64,000 nucleotides of DNA from an uncultured Bacteroidales bacterium (GTDB taxonomy: Bacteria; Bacteroidota; Bacteroidia; Bacteroidales; FEN-979): NCBI GenBank assembly GCA_903925275.1, contig CAIYES010000317.1, forward strand, positions 89 through 64,088, given 5' to 3'. The notes below the pieces were generated by a model that was not told the origin of the DNA, did not search any database, and was given only the letters and a program-made list of their open reading frames with translations. This document shows, piece by piece, positions 27,191-36,403 of the stretch (its first letter is position 1; each line of letters begins with the position of its first letter). The translations under genes were made by a program, and so were the position numbers.

Positions 27191-30010
27191 ATGAAAATCG
27201 GGAGAATTTTGCCTTTTATCATAGCCATCCTCTTCTTGCCCTTCATGGCATCCAGTAAAGGCGTTCCTTATTCGACCGCCCTGCAGGTTGCACGAAATTT
27301 CTGTATCAATATCGGACAGCCGGCCGAACTTGTTACTCCCGGAGATCCATCTTTTACAGGTTCGGAAACACAACAGGCTGTGAAACGCAACATGCCGCTT
27401 TCTTACATGTTTTACCTTAAAAATCACAAGGGATTCATCATCATTGCTGCCGACGACCGGGTTCGTCCGATACTGGGTTATTCTTTTGCCGGCAACTTCG
27501 ACGGCACCATCGCCCCACCGGCATATACTGGTTTCATGCAGGAACTGGAACGGGAAATTTACCAGGTAGTTACTACCGATGCCTCTCCCTCCGGCCGTAC
27601 CCTGAATGAGTGGCGCTATCTCCGGTCATCGCAATTTATTCCTGAAAGGTCGATGCGTGATCTTCTTCCACTGATAAAAACCTCATGGGATCAGGGATGT
27701 TTCTACAATGCCGGATGTCCAAATGATACGGCTGCCACAACAACCTGTTTGCATGCCCTTGCCGGATCCGGCGCCACAGCCATGGCTCAGATCATGAAAT
27801 ATTATCAATATCCGGTCCATGGTGCCGGCGAGCATGGCTACACCCATCCGAAGTATGGCATCCAGTACGCAAATTTCAGTGCAACCAATTATATTTACAG
27901 TAATATGCCCGATTCGGTTATCACTCCAAATGATATGGTTGCCACCCTGATATACCAGTGCGGCGTTGCACAGAATATGAATTTTGGCGTGACCATTTCC
28001 AAATCTGATTCGGCAACAATCGATACGGCATTGGTGAAATATTTCAGTTATCCAAATACAGCAGCGTGGAAATGGAAAAAGGACTACACCGCAACAGAGT
28101 GGTTATCGCTGCTAACTGCCGAACTGGATGCATCTCATCCGCTGCTGTACCAGGGCAACGCCAATGGCACGGATCCGTATTTCTTTATATGTGATGGCTA
28201 TCAGGGCTCCGGATACTTTCACTTCAACTGGGGATGGGGCGGCGCGTTTGATGGTTATTTTTCTCTGGACAACCTTACCCCCGGAAGCAGCAATTTCACA
28301 TCGGGACAAGGCGCCATTTTCAATCTTGCCCCAACGGTTCCAATCCCTGACAGCTACATCATGGACTTTGAAACTGTTCCGGATTTCTCACTCACCTTCA
28401 ACGACTGGACAGTAAACGATGTCGATAAGCATGATACGTATGGTATTACAAATTATACTTTTCCCCATCAGTCAGAAGCCATGGCCTTTCTCAGTTTTAA
28501 CCCGGCACAGGTTACTCCTTCAATGGCAACGGATCAGGCCATGCAACCTCATGGCGGACTACGATTTGGCGCCTGCTTTAACTCGAACCCGCCTTCAAAC
28601 GACGACTGGTTTATTTCACCCCAAATACAACTTGGCGCCAATGGCAGCTTTTCTTTTTGGGTAAAATCATACAACGTTGTTTTTGGTTTGGATAATTATA
28701 CTGTTGCTGTTTCAGCAACGGATAACAATCCGGGAAGTTTTACCACCATCTCCGGGTTGCAGCCCTTGCAGACTACCCTCACCTGGGCAAAAAAAACCTT
28801 CAGCCTATCCGATTACAACGGTCAAAAAATATATGTTGCAATCCACTGTGTTTCAAACGATCACTTGCTGATGATGATCGATGACCTCGAAGTAAAAAGA
28901 CAAGGCTCCTCCGCCCTGAAAGCTGATTTTGCCGCAGATAAAACCTCCCTGATGGCTGGTGAAAGTGTGAATTTTACAGATCAGTCTGTGGGATCCCCGA
29001 CATCCTGGAAATGGACCTTCACAGGAGGAATACCTGCCACTTCCATCCTGCAGAACCCGTCAGGGATCAATTATCCGACCCCCGGCAACTATCCTGTTAA
29101 GCTGAAAATAAGCAACGGCACTGTCAGTGATTCTGTTACCCAAATGGCCTATATCACCGTTTCAGGATATCCTTCGTCCATGTCGCTTGATTTTGAATCG
29201 CTTGCCGACTTTACGCTGTCGTTCAATCTCTGGACAGTGATCGATGTAAAAGGTGGAAACACTTATGGGATCAACCAACCCAACGGGGTTCCTTACTTAT
29301 TCCTGCACAGTAATGAACCGATGGCCTATATTTGTTTTAACCCTTCCAAAACCACGCCGGCAATGACCGACCTGACCCCCCACTCCGGGCAAAAGCTGGG
29401 GTGCTGTTTTTCCTCTTATCCACCCATGAACCCCAACAACAAATGGTTGATCTCCCCGAAAATGAGCCTTGGCATCGATTCCCGTATTGAATTCTGGGTA
29501 AAATCCTACGCAACCCAATTCGGCAATGAGATGTACAATGTCGCCATTTCCACCACCGATCTTTCTCCTGCTAGCTTTGTACCGCTGACCACCACACCAG
29601 AGTCATCTCCGGCCGACTGGACAAAGAGAAGCTACGACCTTTCTGCCTATAACAACCAGAATGTGTATATCGGGATACAGTGTGTTACAAATGACAGCTT
29701 TATTTTCATGCTTGATGATATTTCCATCACATCCACCGTTGGCTTGAACGACCTGCAAAATACCGATCAGTTCATCCTCTATCCGAATCCGGCTAAGGAT
29801 CATCTGACGCTGAAATCCGGACGACTTTTTCAATCGTCCCTAAAAATAGAGATGATCAACACCCTCGGCGAATTGATCAGATCATGGAATGACCCGGCTT
29901 TTCAGGGTTCCATGACGCTTGACATCCACGACCTTCCTCAAGGCTTGTATATATTGCAGATAACAGACGGGAAAGTAACGGTAAATCATAAAATATCAAA
30001 AATCAATTAA
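27191..30010 (+). CDS. C10 (streptopain/SpeB-family) peptidase homologue with substituted catalytic dyad; two choice-of-anchor-J-like domains, PKD domain, T9SS C-terminal domain
   Basis: The Spi-type propeptide (FIIIAADDRVRPILGYS), TSWDQGCFYNAGCP, ..GSGATAMAQIMKYYQYP and YFFICDGYQGSGYFHFNWGWGG are colinear with SpeB ...TGCVATATAQIMKYHNYP and GGHAFVIDG...YHVNWGWGG. There are two ~190-aa domains with DDWFISP/NKWLISP, a PKD-like segment (FTDQSVGSPTSWKWTF) and the tail ILYPNPAKDHL...GLYILQITDGKVTVNHKISKIN. Confidence 0.8.
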   Translation: MKIGRILPFIIAILFLPFMASSKGVPYSTALQVARNFCINIGQPAELVTPGDPSFTGSETQQAVKRNMPLSYMFYLKNHKGFIIIAADDRVRPILGYSFAGNFDGTIAPPAYTGFMQELEREIYQVVTTDASPSGRTLNEWRYLRSSQFIPERSMRDLLPLIKTSWDQGCFYNAGCPNDTAATTTCLHALAGSGATAMAQIMKYYQYPVHGAGEHGYTHPKYGIQYANFSATNYIYSNMPDSVITPNDMVATLIYQCGVAQNMNFGVTISKSDSATIDTALVKYFSYPNTAAWKWKKDYTATEWLSLLTAELDASHPLLYQGNANGTDPYFFICDGYQGSGYFHFNWGWGGAFDGYFSLDNLTPGSSNFTSGQGAIFNLAPTVPIPDSYIMDFETVPDFSLTFNDWTVNDVDKHDTYGITNYTFPHQSEAMAFLSFNPAQVTPSMATDQAMQPHGGLRFGACFNSNPPSNDDWFISPQIQLGANGSFSFWVKSYNVVFGLDNYTVAVSATDNNPGSFTTISGLQPLQTTLTWAKKTFSLSDYNGQKIYVAIHCVSNDHLLMMIDDLEVKRQGSSALKADFAADKTSLMAGESVNFTDQSVGSPTSWKWTFTGGIPATSILQNPSGINYPTPGNYPVKLKISNGTVSDSVTQMAYITVSGYPSSMSLDFESLADFTLSFNLWTVIDVKGGNTYGINQPNGVPYLFLHSNEPMAYICFNPSKTTPAMTDLTPHSGQKLGCCFSSYPPMNPNNKWLISPKMSLGIDSRIEFWVKSYATQFGNEMYNVAISTTDLSPASFVPLTTTPESSPADWTKRSYDLSAYNNQNVYIGIQCVTNDSFIFMLDDISITSTVGLNDLQNTDQFILYPNPAKDHLTLKSGRLFQSSLKIEMINTLGELIRSWNDPAFQGSMTLDIHDLPQGLYILQITDGKVTVNHKISKIN

Positions 30011-30026
30011 CTTAAACTTAAAAGGT

Positions 30027-31691
30027 ATGAATCTGCGTTTTCGTCTTATTTTTGTGTTAATGCCGTTCTTCATTTTGGCATTCACGGGAAAGCTGTCTGC
30101 CCAGTTGTGCCAGCAAGGAATACCACGGAGTTTTTCACTCGCCATGGCCAGCGACACGACAGACGTTGTTATCATTGCACCTCCTTCCACAGGTATGGTA
30201 CTGCGTGAAGATGAACAAAATCCAATCCCATACCGTTTCGCACTGAATCTTCCGGTAGACCTGGGAATAGGTTCTTCCGGCCATTGGAGCAAGGCCTCCG
30301 ACGGTACAAATGTGTGGCGACTGAGTGTAAAATCTCCGGGAGCCCTGGCGCTTTCATTATACTTTGATCGTTTCGTTATGCATGAAGGTGGAAAACTTTT
30401 TGTTTACAATCCTCAGCGTACACAGATGATTGGTGCATTTACCTCTTTGAACAACAACAATCTGTCAACATTTGCCACCGCCTTAATCCGCGGAGACCAG
30501 CTTACCATTGAATACAATGCACCCGATGGAGTTCCAGCGCCTGAAATGCATATTGCTGAAGTGGCCTATGCTTACCGGGGTATCTCTGATTATTCCAGAC
30601 AAAATGCAGGTTTTAACGGTTCCGGCCCTTGCGAGGTGAATGTCAATTGTACTGAAGGCGAAAACTGGCAACAGCAAAAGAGAAGTGTTACCCGGATCCA
30701 GATCAAACGGGGTGGCCAAAATCTCTGGTGTACCGGATCATTGGTAAACAACACCCTGAATGATGGCAAACCCTATGTGATTACGGCCGATCACTGCGGC
30801 AACCTCTCCTCGGCAGCGGATATCAGCCAGTGGATATTTTATTTTAATTATGAAGGCCAGGATTGTCCCGATCCGACAAAAGAACCGGTTTTTAGATCAA
30901 TAACCGGTGCCAGTCTGATAGCTCATGGTGGTAATGGCGGTGACAACGGCTCTGATTTTTTCCTGGTTTTGTTGAAATCAGCCATTCCAGATTCCTTCAA
31001 TGTTTATTTCAATGGCTGGAGTCGTGAAACCAGCCCGTTAAGTCCTTCGGGTGTCGGAATTCATCATCCTCAGGGAGATGTCAAGAAAATTTCAACCTAT
31101 ACCAAGAAGCTCACACAGTCGAGTTGGGCAGGCGGTGCAGTGATTTCCCACTGGCAGGTCCAATGGTCGGGAACACCCAACGGACATGGAACGACTGAAG
31201 GCGGCTCCTCCGGGTCACCACTTTTCGACAGCGAGGGAAGACTGGTAGGAACACTTACGGGTGGCCAGTCTTCATGCGATTCAATAGATCTGGAATCCCC
31301 CGATTATTATGGTCAGTTCGCTTATGACTGGGATAAGAACGGCAATGACTCCATCAATGTATTGAAATACTGGCTTGATCCAACCAATCTCGGGGTGATG
31401 ACGTTGAATGGATGGTCGATGTCAGTTACCGAACCCATCCAGGCTGACTGGATAAAGATTTATCCGAATCCGGCGACAGATTTGTTATATCTCCGGACGA
31501 GCGGTTCAGCCGGAAAACAACTTCAGGTAATGGTTTCCGATTTATGGGGGAAAATGGTTTTAAAAAGTGAATTGTCGCCTGTCCATGGACCTGAATATCA
31601 GGTCAATCTGAATGCATTTTCTACCGGGATGTATCTTGTGACCGTAACAGATGGTGAGCGGCAGGTAGTACGAAAGATAATCAAACAATAA
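30027..31691 (+). CDS. secreted trypsin-fold (S1, lysyl/glutamyl-endopeptidase-like) serine protease with T9SS C-terminal domain
   Basis: Catalytic triad contexts are VITADHCG (His), GSDFFLVLL (Asp) and TEGGSSGSPLFD (Ser). The tail is IKIYPNPATDLLYL...GMYLVTVTDGERQVVRKIIKQ. Confidence 0.8.
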   Translation: MNLRFRLIFVLMPFFILAFTGKLSAQLCQQGIPRSFSLAMASDTTDVVIIAPPSTGMVLREDEQNPIPYRFALNLPVDLGIGSSGHWSKASDGTNVWRLSVKSPGALALSLYFDRFVMHEGGKLFVYNPQRTQMIGAFTSLNNNNLSTFATALIRGDQLTIEYNAPDGVPAPEMHIAEVAYAYRGISDYSRQNAGFNGSGPCEVNVNCTEGENWQQQKRSVTRIQIKRGGQNLWCTGSLVNNTLNDGKPYVITADHCGNLSSAADISQWIFYFNYEGQDCPDPTKEPVFRSITGASLIAHGGNGGDNGSDFFLVLLKSAIPDSFNVYFNGWSRETSPLSPSGVGIHHPQGDVKKISTYTKKLTQSSWAGGAVISHWQVQWSGTPNGHGTTEGGSSGSPLFDSEGRLVGTLTGGQSSCDSIDLESPDYYGQFAYDWDKNGNDSINVLKYWLDPTNLGVMTLNGWSMSVTEPIQADWIKIYPNPATDLLYLRTSGSAGKQLQVMVSDLWGKMVLKSELSPVHGPEYQVNLNAFSTGMYLVTVTDGERQVVRKIIKQ

Positions 31692-31735
31692 AGCATTGCA
31701 TTAATGCAGGGAAGTGGGATAAATTGCGACGACTG

Positions 31736-32857
31736 ATGCAGGAAGATCAATTGCTGACGATTTGCGGCTATGCAAAAACTCCGGAAGTATTAATGGGCAT
31801 CGCCCGGAAAATTGCAGAAGGACAACGGATTTCAGGGGAGGATGGCCTTGCACTTTTCAAGCAGGCCGATCTGGGTTTTCTCGGGATGCTGGCAGACCAT
31901 GTGCGTCGGAAAAAAAACGGGAATGACGCATATTTCATTCGGAATTTTCATATAGAACCAACAAACATCTGTATCAATAAGTGCAGATTTTGTTCTTATT
32001 CCCATCATTTCAGTTCAACCAGATGGGAACTGACGGTTGACGAAATACTTGAAAAGGTAAGGATACAGGATCAGCGTGTAACTGAACTGCATATTACCGG
32101 GGCGGTTCATCCCGACCGGGATATTTATTATTATGGAGATTTGCTGACAAGGATCAAAAGTGTGCGGCCCGCATTGCACCTGAAGGCCTATTCGGCGGTT
32201 GAACTTGATTATATGATCCAAAAATCCGGAATGAGCATCCGGGAGGGCTTGATCTACCTGAAATCCTGCGGTCTCGACTCTATCCCGGGAGGTGGGGCAG
32301 AAATTTTTGATGAGGCCATCCGGACGGAGATTTGTGGCATGAAATCAACATCCGGTACCTGGCTTGAAATTCATGAAACAGCGCATCAGCTCGGGATACC
32401 ATCCAATGCAACCATGCTTTACGGGCACCTGGAAAACTACGCTCAGCGCATCGACCATCTCGAACGGTTGCGGCAACTTCAGGATCGGACTGCAGGCTTC
32501 AATGCTTTTATTCCTTTGAAATTCCACAACAGCAACAATGCCATGTCAAGGATTGCTGAGGTTTCGGTGGTGGAAGATATGAAAATGTACGCTGTGGCAC
32601 GGCTATACCTCGATAATTTCCCACACATGAAAGCCTATTGGCCGGCTGTTGGACGGAAATTGGCACAAATATCCCTGTCGTTTGGCGTAGACGATCTCGA
32701 TGGTACCATAAACGATTCTACCAGGATATATTCACTGGCAGGCGCCGAAGATCAAAACCCTGTGATGACTGTTTCACAGATGGTTGCCATGATCACCGAA
32801 GCCGGCCGCACACCGGTTGAGCGGAACTCTCTTTACCAAATGCAGGGAATGCAGTGA
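31736..32857 (+). CDS. radical SAM menaquinone (futalosine-pathway) enzyme, MqnC/MqnE (CofH-like) family
   Basis: CINKCRFCSY is the CxxxCxxC cluster motif. The N-terminal ...LGMLADHVRRKKNG..AYF and the ~375-aa length are typical of MqnC/MqnE. I cannot tell C from E by eye. I prefer the ATG at 31736 to the TTG at 31724. The last 7 codons and the stop lie inside the 9-mer array. Confidence 0.7.
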   Translation: MQEDQLLTICGYAKTPEVLMGIARKIAEGQRISGEDGLALFKQADLGFLGMLADHVRRKKNGNDAYFIRNFHIEPTNICINKCRFCSYSHHFSSTRWELTVDEILEKVRIQDQRVTELHITGAVHPDRDIYYYGDLLTRIKSVRPALHLKAYSAVELDYMIQKSGMSIREGLIYLKSCGLDSIPGGGAEIFDEAIRTEICGMKSTSGTWLEIHETAHQLGIPSNATMLYGHLENYAQRIDHLERLRQLQDRTAGFNAFIPLKFHNSNNAMSRIAEVSVVEDMKMYAVARLYLDNFPHMKAYWPAVGRKLAQISLSFGVDDLDGTINDSTRIYSLAGAEDQNPVMTVSQMVAMITEAGRTPVERNSLYQMQGMQ

Positions 32858-33043
32858 ATGCAAGCAATGCAAGCAATGCAAGCAATGCAGGCAATGCAGG
32901 CAATGCAGGCAATGCAGGCAATGCAGACAATGCAGGCAATGCAGGCAATGCAGACAATGCAGACAATGCAGACAATGCAGACAATGCAGGCAATGCAGAC
33001 AATGCAGGCAATGCAGACAATGCAGACAATGCAGACAATGGGA
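32837..33043. repeat. nonamer tandem array, 22 units of (G/A)CAATGCA(G/A) plus degenerate end units
   Basis: Units counted base by base from 32837. Unit 3 (TGAATGCAA, 32855..32863) supplies the TGA stop of the radical SAM gene. The array contains no stop triplet on either strand, which explains the (CRQ)n, (NAG)n, (MQA)n, (HCL)n and (ALS)n phantom ORFs in the track. Confidence 0.95.
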
Positions 33044-33068
33044 GTGCTTTATAAGTAGATTAGCGACT

Positions 33069-33665
33069 ATGAATTTTGAAGAGATAAAAGCCATACTTGG
33101 GAACAAAAAGGTCGGTATTGCCGGATGTGGCGGATTGGGCTCCAACTGTGCTGTTGCACTTGCAAGGGTTGGTTTGGGAACGCTGGTCATCGCCGATTTT
33201 GATGCGGTAAGTGAAAGCAACCTGAACCGTCAGTATTTCTTCTTCGACCAGATCGGTACAAAAAAGGTGATCGCCCTGAGGGATAATATCATACGGATCA
33301 ACCCGGTTGTCAATGTCATCGGTCAAGATCTTAAATTAACACCTGATAATATTCCGGCGATATTTTCGGGTTGCGATGTAATTGTCGAAGCATTCGACCT
33401 TGCCGGTCAAAAAGAGATGTTCATCGAAACCATCCTCACAAATTTGCCTGCTATTCCCCTGGTGATTGGATTGGGCATGGCCGGATGGGGCATGAATGAG
33501 GCGATCCATTGCAGGAAAGCCGGTAATTTATACATCTGCGGTGACGAAATCTCCGCCATCGGACCTGACTTGCCGCCTATCGCCCCCAGGGTAGGCATGG
33601 TAGCAAATATGCAGGCCAATGTGGTGTTGGAAATATTGTTAGGCAGCGAAATCCCGAAAATATGA
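33069..33665 (+). CDS. thiF: ThiF-family sulfur-carrier adenylyltransferase
   Basis: From the ATG at 33069 it reads MNFEEIKAILGNKKVGIAGCGGLGSNCAVALARVGLGTLVIADFD (E1-like Rossmann GxGxxG). It is ~198 aa like short Bacteroidota ThiF, and its end overlaps thiS by ATGA. Confidence 0.75.
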   Translation: MNFEEIKAILGNKKVGIAGCGGLGSNCAVALARVGLGTLVIADFDAVSESNLNRQYFFFDQIGTKKVIALRDNIIRINPVVNVIGQDLKLTPDNIPAIFSGCDVIVEAFDLAGQKEMFIETILTNLPAIPLVIGLGMAGWGMNEAIHCRKAGNLYICGDEISAIGPDLPPIAPRVGMVANMQANVVLEILLGSEIPKI

Positions 33666-33865
33666 AGATCCTTTTAAACAATAACCCGGAAGAGATTTCA
33701 GTTGAACATCTTTCGGTATCAGAACTGTTAACATATAAAAATTTCACTTTCAAAATGTTGGTGATCAAAGTCAATGATACCCTGGTTAAAAAGACTGAAT
33801 ATGAAACCAAGATGATCAGCGATGGCGATGAGGTGCATGTGCTGCATCTAATTTCGGGAGGATAG
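33662..33865 (+). CDS. thiS: sulfur carrier protein ThiS
   Basis: 67 aa with a ubiquitin-like length, ending ...HVLHLISGG (C-terminal GG). Confidence 0.75.
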   Translation: MKILLNNNPEEISVEHLSVSELLTYKNFTFKMLVIKVNDTLVKKTEYETKMISDGDEVHVLHLISGG

Positions 33866-33883
33866 AAAAGAAAATGGGGAGAT

Positions 33884-33925
33884 AGTGAAATGGTGAAATG
33901 GTGAAATGATAGCTAGTTATTTCAC
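33884..33925. repeat. octamer array (A/G)GTGAAAT x3 plus an inverted copy ATTTCAC that overlaps the folC stop
   Basis: agtgaaat is at 33884..33891, ggtgaaat at 33892..33899 and ggtgaaat at 33900..33907. An 11-nt spacer follows, then atttcac at 33919..33925. On the minus strand the folC 3' end reads GTT GTG AAA TAA. Confidence 0.85.
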
Positions 33926-35215
33926 AACTTCAGCTACTACAAAGGTACTTCCACCTACAAAAACAAGATCGGTTTCAGCAGCATTTTCCCGGGCAGCTTT
34001 GAGTGCAGCGTTTACCGACGGATAGCATTCTCCTTTCATTCCGGCATCGTGTGCATGTTTCTGCAGATCCACGGCATCAAGTCCCCTTGGTATATCGGGT
34101 TTGCAGAAATAGTATGTTGCGTTTTTCGGCAGCAGTTGAAGAATGGGTGGCAGAAACTTGTCATTTACTACACCGAAAACAAAATGCAGGTGTTGGTGCG
34201 GCGTGGCGGCAATCTGTGCAATGACCTCCTTCAATCCGCTCTCGTTATGACCTGTGTCGCAAATGGTTAGCGGGTTTAAGCTCAGTACTTGCCACCGGCC
34301 TGCCAGACCGGTGTTTTTGATGACTTCTTTTATTCCTGCCCGGATGTTCGACAGAGTTATTTCAAACCCCTGATTATTTAATCGTTCGCAGGCCGCCAGA
34401 ACGGTCAGAATGTTTTTTCGTTGGTATATCCCTGCCAGGGGCGATATGAGTTGAGCCATATAGGGTGCTCCTTCACGGAAAATGTCCATTGATCGATTGG
34501 CAGCGTGTTTCCCTGCAGACTTAAAATTTTCGACCCGGAAATGTTGATCGGCAAACAGGATTTCAGACCTGCTCTCATCTGCCTTGCGTTGAAAAACGTG
34601 CCTGACCTCTTGTTGTGTTTCCCCGATAACAACCGGAATACCTTGTTTAATAATGCCCGCTTTTTCTGAGGCGATTTTTTCAAGGGTGTCTCCCAGGAAT
34701 TGCACATGATCAAAACTTACATTGGTGATAACCGATAATACCGGGTTGATGATATTGGTCGAATCAAGCCTGCCGCCTAAACCAACCTCCACAACAGCCA
34801 CATCGGCTTGTTGATCCCTGAAGTAAGCAAAGGCCATTCCTACGGTAAGTTCGAAAAATGATGGGTTGATTTTCTCAAATTCAGCACGGTGGTTTTCAAT
34901 AAAGGCTGTTACATATTTTTTTCCGATCATTTTTCCGTTAACCCTGATACGCTCACGAAAGTCCTTTAAATGGGGCGAAGTGTATAACCCTGTGCGGTAT
35001 CCGGCAGTTTGCAGGATGGAGGCAAGCATGTGTGAAACGGAACCTTTTCCATTGGTTCCGGTTATATGAATTGAACGGAAGGAATCATGCGGGTTTCCGA
35101 GTAAACCACAAAGAGCGATGGTGTTGTCGAGGTTGGCTTTGTAAGCCTGTGCGCCAATCCGGTGGAACATCGGCAGTTGGGCATATAAATATTCCAGCGT
35201 TTGGGGATAGGTCAT
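33917..35215 (-). CDS. folC: bifunctional folylpolyglutamate synthase / dihydrofolate synthase
   Basis: HITGTNGKGSVSHMLASIL is the Mur-ligase P-loop. EVGLGGRLDSTN and the ~430-aa length are typical of FolC. Confidence 0.85.
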   Translation of the reverse strand: MTYPQTLEYLYAQLPMFHRIGAQAYKANLDNTIALCGLLGNPHDSFRSIHITGTNGKGSVSHMLASILQTAGYRTGLYTSPHLKDFRERIRVNGKMIGKKYVTAFIENHRAEFEKINPSFFELTVGMAFAYFRDQQADVAVVEVGLGGRLDSTNIINPVLSVITNVSFDHVQFLGDTLEKIASEKAGIIKQGIPVVIGETQQEVRHVFQRKADESRSEILFADQHFRVENFKSAGKHAANRSMDIFREGAPYMAQLISPLAGIYQRKNILTVLAACERLNNQGFEITLSNIRAGIKEVIKNTGLAGRWQVLSLNPLTICDTGHNESGLKEVIAQIAATPHQHLHFVFGVVNDKFLPPILQLLPKNATYYFCKPDIPRGLDAVDLQKHAHDAGMKGECYPSVNAALKAARENAAETDLVFVGGSTFVVAEVVK

Positions 35216-35256
35216 TCAGGTAAGGTACTATAAAGATGGTAAAAAGTTGTCAAAAG

Positions 35257-36309
35257 TCAATAAATCGCTCCTCCGGATGAATCTTTCGCTGCTCCTGTAA
35301 CGCTTCGCAGGCTGTTTGTTTCATTGCGCCATCGCAATACCCCGAGGAAAGCAAAAATCAGCGCCTCCTTGAAGTTGATTGTAAGTGCATCGGGAATGAT
35401 GATTTCAGGGACTGCAAAATTGCGGATACGGCCAATCAGATATTTGTTTAAAGCGCCTCCACCGGTGATAAGCATTTTTTTACCCCTTTTTGCTTCAACT
35501 GCAGCTGCAACCTGCAGCGCAATATGTTCACAAAATGTAGCGAGCAGGTCATTTGATGTCAATCCTGAATTTGTCAGCAATGGAAATACATGCTGAACTA
35601 CCCACTCTTTTCCCAGCGATTTTGGAAAAGCCAGTTTATAGTAAGGCAGGGCATTGAGTTTCTCCAGCAATGGTTGATATAACGTTCCGCTTGCAGCCAG
35701 CATTCCCTCCGGATCGAATTCATAACCTGCCTGCAATGCTACATGGTTCAAGACAATATTGGCAGGACAGATATCATAAGCAATCCGTTCATCATCCATT
35801 TCATAAGAAATATTGGCAAATCCACCGATGTTCAAACAGAAACCGACATCTCCGAACAAAAGTTTATCACCAACAGGGACCAACGGAGCACCTTGTCCGC
35901 CCAGGGCTACATCCATCGATCGGAAATCGCATATAACAGGAAGTCCGGTTTCTGCGGCAATTGCAGCGCCTCTTCCGATCTGGCAAGTGATTTTTTTTGC
36001 CGGTTGATGAAAAATTGTATGTCCGTGCGAGGCGATGAAATCAGGTTGAATATTGTGTTTGCTGATGAATTCACTGGTCAGTTTTCCCAGAAGGTGCCCG
36101 TATTCTATATCGGCAGTGACAAAGTCCAATGCCGATGCTGATTCAAGGGTTGATAATCTCTTCTTCCATTGATCTGAGTAAGGAATTGTCTCCGCACACT
36201 GAATTTTATATTTCCAGTGGTTTTCATCATGGCTAAACTCGCAGAAAGCGATGTCAAGCCCGTCAAGGCTGGTTCCCGACATTAATCCGATTACCTGGTA
36301 TTTCATCAT
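35257..36309 (-). CDS. anmK: anhydro-N-acetylmuramic acid kinase
   Basis: VIGLMSGTSLDGLDIAF at the N-terminus, ...LITGGGALNKYL..., 350 aa. Confidence 0.85.
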   Translation of the reverse strand: MMKYQVIGLMSGTSLDGLDIAFCEFSHDENHWKYKIQCAETIPYSDQWKKRLSTLESASALDFVTADIEYGHLLGKLTSEFISKHNIQPDFIASHGHTIFHQPAKKITCQIGRGAAIAAETGLPVICDFRSMDVALGGQGAPLVPVGDKLLFGDVGFCLNIGGFANISYEMDDERIAYDICPANIVLNHVALQAGYEFDPEGMLAASGTLYQPLLEKLNALPYYKLAFPKSLGKEWVVQHVFPLLTNSGLTSNDLLATFCEHIALQVAAAVEAKRGKKMLITGGGALNKYLIGRIRNFAVPEIIIPDALTINFKEALIFAFLGVLRWRNETNSLRSVTGAAKDSSGGAIY

Positions 36310-36403
36310 AATCAGGGTTTAAAAAGCAGTGCAGTATCCATGGAATTTCAGTACATCGGTGAAACGCATTTTTCCAATGGGATCCAAATATAAGATACTT
36401 TCG

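Noticed and set aside
31692-31712. GCATTGCATTAATGCAGGG as an intrinsic terminator for the S1 protease gene.
   Set aside because: The palindrome TGCATTAATGCA leaves at best a 4-bp stem once a loop is allowed, and no U-run follows. It is better explained as a member of the CAATGCA repeat family.
32837-33043. Possible CRISPR array. The same question applies to the arrays at 23950, 49843 and 52100.
   Set aside because: The units are 7-9 nt and directly contiguous, with no unique spacers. No cas genes are in the window. These are simple tandem repeats.
33044-33068. TPP riboswitch upstream of thiF-thiS.
   Set aside because: The whole upstream region is the nonamer array plus 25 nt. I could not find the conserved CUGAGA / ACCUGAUCUGGAUAAUGCCAGCG-type elements.
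32817-33665. 282-aa track ORF giving ThiF a Cys-rich (CRQ)n N-terminal extension. The (NAG)n, (MQA)n, (HCL)n and (ALS)n ORFs lie over the same tract.
   Set aside because: All are by-products of a stop-free nonamer repeat that is open in six frames. The ThiF homology starts at the ATG at 33069 (MNFEEIK...GIAGCGGLGS). The long form would also overlap the upstream gene.
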